Below, piece by piece: positions 51,401 to 62,277 of a DNA stretch of 64,000 nucleotides (positions within the stretch are counted from its first letter, which is position 1; the number at the start of each line of letters is the position of its first letter). Both the position numbers and the translations under genes were made by a program. Source of the stretch: Stylophora pistillata (Eukaryota); contig NW_019218016.1 in NCBI RefSeq assembly GCF_002571385.2, forward strand, positions 178,011 through 242,010. Direction: 5' to 3'. The notes beneath the pieces were generated by a model that saw nothing but the letters and a program-made list of their open reading frames with translations, did no database searches and was not told the DNA's origin.

Positions 51401-54400
51401 ATACAAAGGTTTGGCAATGTAAATTCTCTCTCTCTCTAATTGATACTCAACATTGCTCATCCTAGCAGTATGCAGGACGTGTGTCACATAGGAACTTCGT
51501 AATGGGCCTTGCTCACCATAGAGTCTCTGTGATTCATCATGGGGACTCAGAATTTTCTTTGTGCTTGTGACATGACAAAAAAACATCTTTCCGTACATGA
51601 TACTCTTTTACTGATAAATGAAATTTCATTTTATTATGGTCTGGATCTTTTTAGGCTGTTCTCAACGACCTTCAACATCAAGAAGGTGCTCATAGAACAG
51701 AAATGCAAGAGCTCAGAAAGGTGGGTTAGATCCCATATGTCAGGGTTTATATTGGACTGGAAAGTCCTGGAAATCTGCTTAACTCAAGCAGTAGAGTTTT
51801 CAGAATGCACATTATAAGAAATGTTTCTAGGCCATAAGGAGTATTGATTTTTAAGCTTGGAAATAAAGTGTTTAAGGCGAAATTTGGAGTCTTGGAAAAG
51901 TCCTTGGAAATTGTTTCTAAAAAAGGGTACAGACCCTGATATGTTCAGATGTCAGAACTCTCCAGAAACAGCAGTGCTAGCATTTTCACCGGCCTTTTGT
52001 TTTTGAAGCTCACCCTGTATAACCCTTAAGCTCCCAAAATCTGATTTTTAATTCTCCCGTGTGGCAGCTACACAATCCTTGTAATTTTAAGTCACAAGAA
52101 TTTGGTATTCAGGGCTCGAATATTTTATTTTCAATTTGAATTATTTATTTCAGTTGTTTGGTGGAAAACCTGTAAACTAGCTTTTAGCTAAGCGTTTCTC
52201 CACGTTAAATAAATATTTTTTTTATTATTATTTTTTTTAAATCAACGGCCGCCCGTTAACCAATGGTTAGTAATTTTCAACGTATGGTTAGTAATTTTCA
52301 ACGTATGGTTAGTAATTTTTAACGTATGGTTACTAAAAATGTGTCCAACTAACCCGACATGGTTATATAGTAAAATTTTCTAACATATTTAAACATTGGT
52401 GGACTTTGGGACAAAGAGCACGTAGACCCGACTCTCAGAAGAATACTTAGAATGCTCAAGTTGTTAAATCAACTTTAACTCTTTTTAGAGAATGTGCTGT
52501 AGATGTACTGTTCTTGACTAATCATGGTAAACGAGAGGTAAATAAAATAGGTGCATAATTGTCAACGTTTTAAAGGTCACCATCCAATTTCAGCTACTCT
52601 TTAATTTGTCCTAGTCGTTATTATCAAAATGTTCAATATTTGAGATATCGTAACTTGTCAGCTTGGATACCAAATTTTATAATTTGGTTTGTAAAAAAGA
52701 TGTCTACTAACCCGAAGGGTTAGTGATCCAAAAATTAAATTCGAGCCCTGGTATTTAATCAAGACAACAACTTAACTTCTCTCTAAAGAGTTTGAGAAGT
52801 CTTGTTATTTGTTTGCTGGAGCATACTAACGTTAGGGCATATAGAGTGAAGGAACACTACATGTACACCTGGGTCTCTTTTTCGGATTGTATTTTAGAAT
52901 TTAACTTTGCTCTCTTATTTCTTTGACATTAGGAACGTCAGCGCTTGATGGAAGAAAACGAGCGCCTGGCTGTGCTTGTGGAAAACGCTGAACAAGATGT
53001 GCGTCATGTCACAGACTTACTGGATAAATCTGACAAGGAGAGGAAACGTCTGTCAGACAGAAACGCCCAGCTTACCATCAATGGTATAAAATATTTTTAA
53101 TTTTTCATTGCTCTTTTCTCTTTGGTGTTGTAATGCAATATCAGAGCGGGCAGTATTTCTGGGACATCCGAGTATCGTTGGTGCATCGCATTACTTCCTA
53201 CCCCGAAATTGAACGATAACTTTGCAATCCTAATGAGTAGCTGGGGTGTTTTACTGCAGACTAATGTTGTAGCGTGTTGTTATGATATTGCAATGAATGA
53301 TGACTTTTTTTTTGTTAATTCAGAGCGGGAGCTTGTCATGGATCTAGAGAGACTTAAGTTAACCAAGTCTGTGAAGCCTAAGAAAAGTCGAGACAAGGTA
53401 CATGTTACTGCCAACTTATTTCTACCAACTTGTCTAACTGCCTGCACACGGGGCTTTAGCCTTGTATGTGCTGTCAGCTTACAAATGTACGACTTGTTTC
53501 CAGATCAAATAGGAAATAAAATTGCCGAGTGATCCAGCTATAGGAATTGAGTGATTTTCCTTGACGTAAGATAGAGACACAAGTGCAAGCAAAGTGATGG
53601 AACTTGTGTGTTTTTTCTTTTCCTTTCTTGTTTTCTTTTTACATTATATCTTACTTTCGATCGTGTTGTCGGTTCATTTTTATTTTTAATCACCTAAACT
53701 TTTGTAATCCTGTTTAATTTCTCTTACGCTTGTCTCTTGCGTCCTCATCGGGCGCTTGTGAAAGTATTTTCAAGTGAATTAAAGCAAACCTTTCGTTCCG
53801 TCAGTCTCCATCTAAGATAGAATCGCTGGTTAAAACGCTAGAAAAGGAGAGAGATTACTACAAAGGTGAATGTGAAACACTTCAAGGAATGATGAGGAAA
53901 CGATTATCCGCATCGCCATCGTCAAACCGCAAAGGAAGCAAGGGCAAAGGAAAGGTAAGAGTCCTGTGCAAGAGCAAAGGAAAGGTAAGAGTCCTGTGCA
54001 AGAGCAAAGGAAAGGTAAGAGTCCTGTGCAAGAGCAAAGGAAATGTAAGAGTCCTGTAAACCCGGCCACCACCTTGAAACCGAAACCAAAGTGACCACCA
54101 CAGCTAATCAGAACAGAGGAAGGTCACTGGGAAACCAATCCCAAAGTGATCTCAATAGCGAATTAAAACATAAGAAAATGTTACCAGAAGCCAATGAGGA
54201 CTCTCGCAGTTACGACAAACAAACTATTTGAGGCGCGGGAAAACACGTGTGGCCAAGTTGCGATTGGTTTTTGTTTTAAGTTTTTTGTGTGTGAACCAGT
54301 TACAGAGCGGAGTGGCGCAAAACAATTGAAAATTGCCTTGGGAAAACGCTGTTTCGTTGAAGGCTCATTTACAGGTCTTTTGAAACATTGTTTTTTTATT

Positions 54401-57400
54401 TGCAGACGCTAGGACATTTAGAAAGCATGACACTGCTTTTGCAGGAGGAAAGAGACTTTTACAAACGAGAATGTGAACTTCTCAGAAATATGAAGGAGAA
54501 GAGCGTGTTAATGTCACCTCCGACAAGAGAAAGGGTATTGGGTTTAACTACTTTATTAAGTCCACTTTTCGTTTGTTTCACAAAACCAGAGTTAAAGAAA
54601 TCGCAACGGCCAAACGTAGCAAAGTATGGCCTTAATAACAGCGCCATAAATGTCCAGTTTAGTAAGAGGCCCAACGCGTACCTTGTCCCATCAGCAACTT
54701 AATCAAGCTGCTTTTAGCTAATCACGTTCGAGAATGTTTGTCATGATTTCGTTAATCAAGGAAAGATATCGTGGTTCTTGTCTTTACCCAGATTTTCACC
54801 AACCCTTTTTTAATGTTGTTCCAGGTATCACGTGACAGTCCCAGTGAATTGAACCGTTTGAGGAGAGAAAGAGATGAACTCCAGTCGTTAGTAGAAAAAT
54901 TCGAAAAACATCTTACAGAGGTGTGGAATTGTGAAATGTTACATTATATTATTGTTGCTTAAAAGTAGTTGTAGACGCAGTCATAGAATGATATACGCCC
55001 TTGAATCCGATCGATATACTGATACACCGACATATATCATTGACTTTATTTTTATTTTTTAAAATTACAGAAATAAAGGCCTTTGTAGCCGGCAGTTAGC
55101 AAAGCTATTCTAGGCGGGCTACCTAAACTGACACTGTATAGGCTCACACACACACACGCACGCACGCTCGCTCGCTCGCTCACTCACTCACTCACACTCA
55201 CTCTCTCTCTCACTCACTCTCTCACTCACTCTTACTCTCACTCACACTCACTCTCACTCACTCACTCACACTCTCACACACACTCTCACTCACTCACACT
55301 CACACACACACACACACACACGCAACAAGTAAATAAATAAACGAGCAAATAAAAATAAGTAATAAATAATAGTAGTGATAATCGTGTTAAAGGCTTTGTT
55401 TAACCCTTTGACCCCTAGAAGTGACCAGCATCTAAATTCTCCTTACGATATCACCCCTGAATCACACATTAAGATCAGGAGAATATTGCAAATGATCACC
55501 CACCAGAGAAACCTTTGGTTGTAAGAAACATTTTCCTTGTCAGCACTTTACTGAGGAAACGTATAAACAGGGTTCGTGCTACTCCTTAAGCTTAGGAAGG
55601 AGGGAGAACAAGTGGTTTCCTTTGATGGAACGCGAGCTCGCTAAATCCTTCTTATCAATCATTTTGCGAATAAGAAAGGGCGACTGGGTACGAGTCTGGA
55701 CTTTGGGATACCAGCAGCTCATCCAGGGGAATAAGCAATACTCCTTCCGCAGCGTAAACCAGGTTGAGCTACGACAGTAAAACGTGCAGTTTTTGCATTC
55801 AGACTTTAGAGAGATATGATAAAGGTTATAAAGTTGTTGTGTAGTTGTACGGTTGTACAATATCGCTTTTGTTAATTTTAGATTCAAGAGAATGTGAAGA
55901 CATTGACGCAAGACAGGGATAATATTCAACTACTTTACGAGCAGGTTAGCGATACTTCTTTTGATTATGTGTATGGTGGTTCGTTCTTGAATCGAGCATT
56001 TCTCGATCAAGTATCGTAAAACCAACATCATAATAATGAAAATACTACAGATAATCAGATAACAGGCCAATTACAAAAGGAAACAATGAAGGATCGAAGT
56101 TAAAACGTGAAACTGGCCTCAAATGCAGAATGATCTTGCTCAACATGCAATTGGTTTGAATATTTGTAATCGGTTTGGTGGAAATGGTGGCGCGAGGTAT
56201 CAGCTTAGTGGACCAAAGAACGTAATGCCAAAGATTTCTCCCGACACGTAGAAGAAACTTTCTCCAAAAAGAACACACACAAAAGTGCTTTTATTCTTCC
56301 CAGGCCACGGACGAAATCCAAAGACTGCGACGTCAGGTGTCTCATGCCCGCTCCCCTTCACCCTCTCGTGCAGCCTCGGCTGTTTTGTTACGAGTGGAGT
56401 CTGAGAGAGATGCTGCACTCGCTGATGTTCGACGCATCAATACTCAACTTGACAATCTTGAGGACAAACTTAAGGTTTGTAGCTGAAGCATCTGAGCTAT
56501 GGCGGAAATTAATTCAATCCTTAACCATACTCAGGAATTTACATGCGATGAGTTTCATATCGTTTTGTTCAGGCATCTCACGAAAGCAGTCTTCAAGAAA
56601 GACGACGTTATGAAGATAAAATAGAGCGATTGGAGTCCATGTTGGAAAAGGTAAGTTTTAATTCTTGCGCAGGTACGAAGACTTTTTAACACAGGCTTCG
56701 TTATTTGTCACTCAATTGTAATACTCTAACTGAATTATCCTCGATATCAGGTTGAGGCAGACAGGAACGAGCTGCACGCTCGAGTGACGTCACTAAGAAA
56801 CATGGTGGCCAATCTCGAGGACCAATTGAAACAGTCCTCGGCTCAGCTCTCCATGGCAAAGGACTCGGCCCTGGAACTTGAATCCGAGGTCAACAAGGTA
56901 CAACTAAGCGCTGACCAAGCTAATCGCACAGCGGAAGACATGGAAAGGAGGCTGAGTAGGAAAGCTGGGGAGTTACAAGCATCTGAAGAGAAATGTGCGC
57001 AGCTGGAGCGTAGATTAGGTCTGTATGCTAGGCAATTTTAAAAGATGACAGACAAATTTGTCACAAGTGTTGGGCAAAGAGCAAAAATTTCAGATCGCCA
57101 CGAGGATTCTAACCTCAGACCTTCGGTTTTGTCTTTTGATATTCTTTCACTGAGCAAACCGTTCCTAAATTCGTACACGACATGTGGGTGTAGGGAAGGA
57201 AAATTGTCTTCTTCATTCTATTTATCTGCACGATTTTTAGCTGATCCTAGCAACATGCAAAACCCCTTTTGTCTGTAAACTTTAAATGACCTGCTTTACC
57301 GTAGAGATCTATCTGTAATGCAGTAAATGGCCTGAACCCGGGGGTAACATGTGAAAGTGTAGTGTGATCGTCCGGGTGAGTGTAGTCCTGAGATGGACTG

Positions 57401-60400
57401 TTGTCGGTGGTAGTCACTGACGTTTCGACAACCCGTGCGGAAGTCATCATCTTGACTCTGATGATAACTTCCGCACAGGTTGTCAAAACGTCAGTGACTA
57501 CCACCGACAACAGTCCTTCTCAGGACTACACTCACCCGGACGATCACACTACACTTTCACAGATTTATCTGTAGCTTAGCGGAAAGGGCAGAGCGCCGTA
57601 TCCGAAAGTTTGAGGTTCATTTTCTTGTGGGAGATTTTCCCTTTTTGTGTAAAGAGCGCTAAAAATCACAGTTGAACCTCTCCGCAACAGCCACCTCGAG
57701 GACAGAAGAAAGTGACCGTTTTGGAGAGGTTTAAAGGAAGGTTTGGACAGCCCGTCGGGACTGGAGAGTGGCCGTTGTGGTGAGGTCGCCATAGTAGAGA
57801 GGTGGCCGTTAGTGGAGGTTCGACTGTACCATTTTTCTTGTGAAACGGTCCTTTCTTTTCGTTCCTTTAGAGGAAAATGAGAAGAGAAACGAAGAGCAGA
57901 GTTTTGAAACTGCTGAGATAAAAGCCAGTCTGAAATCATTGGATCGAGAGAGAGATGACCTACAACAACAGGTGGACGAGAAAACGGAAGAGATCATGCA
58001 AATGGAAGCAAAGAAAATACAACTGGTTAGTTTGACATTACACATAGGAACTACAGGGAAGTTTGTATTCACCTGTGAAAGTGACGATCATTCAACCTCG
58101 CCTTATAAAAGCACCTTGAAGCAAACAGCAAGGTCACGAGAATAACGAAAATGATCGCCATCTTAAGAGGCATTTGACGAAGGGCCCTTCGCTCTAACGA
58201 AGGGCTAACGCTCGAAACGTCAGCTTTTAAATCTTTACGGTGGCCAATTTACAATTTCAGCTTAGTTGATATAAGCAAATTATCTTGATTGTTGAACGAG
58301 TTCTCCTTGTCAGCGCATTAGAAAATGTATAGAGAACTATGTGAAGAATATGCGCACTGATGTTAGGTTGTAAAGAATTCCATTTCAAGAAAACGCCCTG
58401 TATCGAGCGGACATCAGTTATAGTCCCTATATATTTCTCACATCTTAACCGTAGATTAAGAGAACCTTTATCCTGCGGACGCCTGTTTCGCAGAGTGAAA
58501 CCCATCGCGCAAAAATCAATCCAACCAAATAGGAAGCAAAACATCGATGCCATATATGACTCAGTCATTTATGATCCAGTAACAACTAGATTTTTCGGAG
58601 TCGTAAGCCAGAGAACTGTCATTGTAACTATTTGGTTTTGTGGCTTTTGCACGGGACTTTGACAATCTAGTTTCTCTCCATGTTAGCGTCGCAGTCTTAT
58701 GCTAATCGGCCTTTTTTGCTCTCCAATAAGAAAGAATTATGTTTTCTTACTTCCTACCTACTAAAGGCAAACGAATTGTTTGCCCAAGACAATCCACAAT
58801 AGCATTTCTGGTATGAAGCGTTCTTTTTGTTGACTTTCTAGTCAAACAAAGCAGTGTTGTTAATTGAACAATTTTCCCAGGTGCTTCCGTAGTTACAAGA
58901 ATTTTCGCTGTTCTTTTGTTCACGAAATTATAACATCGCAGAAATAAGTGAAGCGATCGAAAGAAAGTTTAAATTGCTGAGATACTGTTTGACTGATATA
59001 GAAGAAGGGTAGGAACGGCTCTAGAGCTTTATTATTCAAAGGACGCTTTGCTTTGAAGATGGAGTGATATCAACAGAGTTTTTGAAACCGCAGAGCGCAA
59101 GAAAATAGTTTAGATCGTTCATTGTTTCCTGAGCATTTGTCTCTTCTATGGCGTGGTTAGCGGCATTGCACTCGTTAAATTATCTTAAAACATACGTTGA
59201 TGGTGATGAGGTAAGATTTATTTACATTGCAGACTTCAACCAATCGTTCTGCAATCTTTCTGAATCTTATTACGATCTAATCTCAGTAAATATTCTAGTG
59301 CTTCACAAGTCGCGTAAAGAGAAGTCAATACTCTATTTGCGTGCGACAGATCTCGCAGTTGATACTGTTTAGAGTCATTATTCACGATTATGTGACTGAT
59401 AAAATTTTTCAATACAAAAAAACACATTTTAGATTGAATTACATCCTTGTAATTGATCAGCTCCTTTCGTTAGGAAATTGAAGGTGGTGACTGCTCGCGG
59501 AGAATAACTAAATAAAGGGAAGGTGTCGAAAGCAATAAATATAGAAAATATGCGGTCGTTTTGTAATTTTACTTTCATTGCCTTTAGGAGAAAGCTGAGA
59601 GCGAGTTGAAGATGAATATGGAAGATGTTGAGGCGCAATTGAGGTATTCTTTCAAGTTTTCTTTGATTTGAACTGATTCAAAGAATTAGACCAGCCAGTG
59701 AAGTCTGCATCCATCCAGTGAAACCTTATTTCGGTTTATTAAACATAAAGCGACAAGGGGTATTGATAGTCACCCTGAATGGGATGGTAGTCCATCGCAA
59801 GGTAACCCCCCCCTCCCCCAGCAATTTGAGAGGCTTCCCTGGCAACTCGCTGGTACCCAGGCTTTTACTATTTATAATCCTGGATAGAATGGGGTTCTGT
59901 CAAAATTAAGTATCTTACCCAAGACCCGGCCAGCTCTCAAACTCAGGCCTCTTCTCCGGGATAACTTAGTTTCATCAACTGAGTCGATGTAAATTGGCCA
60001 CCCTAAAAGCTTTAGTCCCCACCAATAGCGAAGCTCCACTTTGTGCACATAAACATACACACACAACACACTATTCCACCGATAGCGAAGCTCCACTTTG
60101 TGCATATAAACACACACACACAACACACGATTCCACCAATAGCGAAGCACCACTTTGTGCATATAAACACACACACACAACACACGATTCCACCAATAGC
60201 GAAGCACCACTTTGTGCATATAAACACACACACACAACACACGATTCCACCAATAGCGAAGCACCACTTTGTGCATATAAACACACACACACAACACACG
60301 ATTCCACCAATAGCGAAGCTCCACTTTCTGAATATAAACATACACACTCAACATACGATTCCTCCAATCGCCCTGACAAAGAGCTAACGCTCGATAAGTC

Positions 60401-60493
60401 TTAAAAAAAATAATAAAATAGCTTTTAAACTCTACGGTGGCCAATTTACGATATCAACTCAGTTGATAAAATCATATTACCTTGTTACCCCCT

Positions 60494-60535
<42 letters not shown>

Positions 60536-62277
60536 TTCTCTTCTCCAAGAGCTCAGCTCGCGAACTGTTAGACCACTACGTCCACTTTCTTAACCCACTT
60601 GACGAGCTAAAGACGACAACACAAGATAATTTTTTTTTTTCCTTTTTCTGCTTGCCAACAGTCACGCGTTAGAACAAAGCGGCCTCAAGGATAGAGAAAT
60701 AAAGAGCCTACGGCGCCAGTTAGATTCCAGAGACGACGAACTAGCTGAAATGACGAGAGGGAGGGAAGTAGCTTTGAAAGAGAACAGGCGACTACAGACA
60801 GATCTCAACACCATGACTGAAGAACATCAGGTAAGTGAAGGGAGTAAGCCTCTTTCGTGTGACACGTTTTCGGCGTGTTACTGATCGCGGCAGTATGCAG
60901 GGCGCGTGTCACAAATGAACTTAGTTATTTGTTAGCTCATTGTAAAGCTCTCAGTAACTCAGTTGGTAAACACAGCGGTTCAATTTCAGGGGATCAATTT
61001 TGGCTGGCCGTGCGCCAATTTCCCGCGCAAAAGTTTAGTAGAAAACATATGAAACAACCTCAGGCCCTTGGATTCCGCGCGACGATTCGAATGAGCAACA
61101 GGGACTCTGTGTTGGTGAGCTGGGCCATCTATAGGTTCATAAGTCAGGATTTGCAGATGAAATAACAGAAACTCTTGGAACCTTAGAGCGGGAAAGATGT
61201 TCAGAATTTGTTTGTTGTTTCGGGAAAGACTGATAAAATAGTATGCCTTTTTTTTCCAGTCTATCCATCAACAACTTCAGGATGCTTTAGAAGAACAAGA
61301 GAGTTTGAAGGTACAAATAGCTGAATATGCCAGACAAGTGGCTCGAGTGGAAGAACTTCTGGCACAAAAGGTCAGTTAACTACGGTTAGATCTCTTCGTC
61401 GTAATATCATTGTCCTAGTAATGTTGTTTTATACAACGTCCTTGAATCTTGGATTATTTTAGCAAAATATCGTCAAGTTTTTGTGTTTGCTTGTGTTATC
61501 GTCCCATTGTGCGACGTCATCCAAAAAGAAAGAAGAGTGTCGTGGAACCAAACATGTAATCACGTCGGCAAATGAGAACAAAGAGAAATATTATGAAAAT
61601 CCAATGAGAAAACGTAATACAGGCGTCAAACGCGCGAAAACGCGGCAGACCAAGTCGTGCTGGTTTTACTCTTACATCTGATTGATTTTCGAGGTTGGCG
61701 CCAGAATTTTAGACCAGTCATAGTGTAGGAGTCAAGGGCGGGAATACGCGGCTTACCAAGTCGTATTGGTTTTATTCTTACATTTGATTGGTTTAGAGGG
61801 TTGCGTGAGATTTCTCGACCAATCACAGTGTAGAGTCAAACGCGGGGAAACGCGGCTTACCAAGTCGTATTGGTTTTATTCTTATATTTGTTTGGTTAAG
61901 AGGGTTGCGCGAGATTTCTCTACCAATCACAGCGTAGGGTCAAGCACGGGTAAACGCGGCTTACCAAGTCGCTTTGGTCTCACTCTAACACCTGATTGGT
62001 TAAAAGGGTAGCGCAAGATTTCCAGACCATTACTGGTGTGTGGTAAAACAAACCCAATGTAATCCCAGAATATTTTGACATTTGTCTTCAGGAACAAGAA
62101 AAAGAAGAGCTTCTAGAACAGTATCGAGTTCTGTCTGGTGAAACGGAGAGACTTGTCTCTGAGTCTAAGGCCTCTGCAGGACAAGTTAATAACTATCACA
62201 TGGAACTAATTCAGAAAGAACGAGCAGAGATGGAACTCAGCGATAAAATAAGAAGGCTTGAGAGTGAAATACAACAG
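48496..62277 (+). CDS. CEP135: Centrosomal protein 135 (coiled-coil centriole protein); 3' end probably beyond window
   Basis: The N-terminus LRKRLDQLGYRQALGIESVPLVEKLFSDLVHTTESL is diagnostic. Further coiled-coil exons at ~50127-50255, 51193-51408, 51656-51720, 52933-53082, 53323-53397, 53805-53954, 54406-54534, 54825-54920, 55882-55944, 56304-56474, 56573-56650, 56751-57018, 57871-58025, 59588-59643, 60662-60830, 61260-61370, 62091-62277. Confidence 0.92.
50445..50635. mobile_element. CAGGG-terminated MITE (same family as 19595-19800)
   Basis: Same TIRs; flanked by a CGCAAT direct repeat. Confidence 0.8.
50960..51162. repeat. Abundant TTAACCCTT...-type short interspersed repeat (piggyBac-like MITE); other copies ~1595-1960, 43960-44660, 52020-52105, 55400-55570, 58060-58375
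   Basis: Recurrent TTAACCC(T/C)TT..CTCCC..AGTGA...TTCTCC..ACAATA...GAGAATA..AAATTCTC blocks. Confidence 0.6.
51741..51938. mobile_element. CAGGGT-terminated MITE with 6-bp TSD
   Basis: CAGGGT ... ACCCTG, flanked by ATATGT on both sides; internal GGAAAGTCCTGGAAA-type subterminal repeats. Confidence 0.7.
52110..52750. mobile_element. Second copy of the 10.5-kb MITE, with an internal insertion and a 21-bp tandem triplication
   Basis: TIR CAGGGCTCGAA / TTCGAGCCCTG; body is the reverse complement of 10469-10943; extra ~120 bp at 52121-52240. Confidence 0.85.
53941..54060 (+). repeat. 30-bp tandem repeat x4 spanning a CEP135 splice donor
   Basis: AGAGCAAAGGAAAGGTAAGAGTCCTGTGCA repeated four times. 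Confidence 0.95.
55036..55322 (-). repeat. Short LINE-3'-end-like repeat (copy at 24890-24992) abutting a (CA)/(CACT)/(CT) microsatellite
   Basis: 55036-55146 is the near reverse complement of 24890-24992; compound microsatellite at 55146-55322. Confidence 0.8.
57316..57561. mobile_element. Second palindromic family A element with damaged hammerhead cores, in a CEP135 intron
   Basis: Highly similar to 7459-7753, with inverted arms and the tail on the left. Degenerate relatives at ~5585-5690 and ~43620-43700. Confidence 0.8.
57669..57827. mobile_element. Tc1/mariner(pogo)-like MITE
   Basis: CAGTTGAACCTC...AAC.GCCACCTC and GAGGTGGCCGTTAGTGGAGGTTCGACTG-TA termini. Confidence 0.65.
60018..60368. 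repeat. ~60-bp minisatellite, ~6 copies
   Basis: CCACCAATAGCGAAGCACCACTTTGTGCATATAAACACACACACACAACACACGATT unit. Confidence 0.95.
61625..62010. repeat. ~105-115-bp diverged tandem repeat, ~4 copies
   Basis: ACGCGGCTTACCAAGTCGTATTGGTTTTATTCTTACATTTGATTGG recurs at ~61640, 61746, 61850 and 61954. Confidence 0.85.

Noticed and set aside
60018-60368. Regular ~60-bp repeats and long repetitive ORFs in several frames (CRISPR-like or coding?)
   Set aside because: Units are near-identical with no unique spacers. This is an intronic minisatellite and the ORFs are a by-product.
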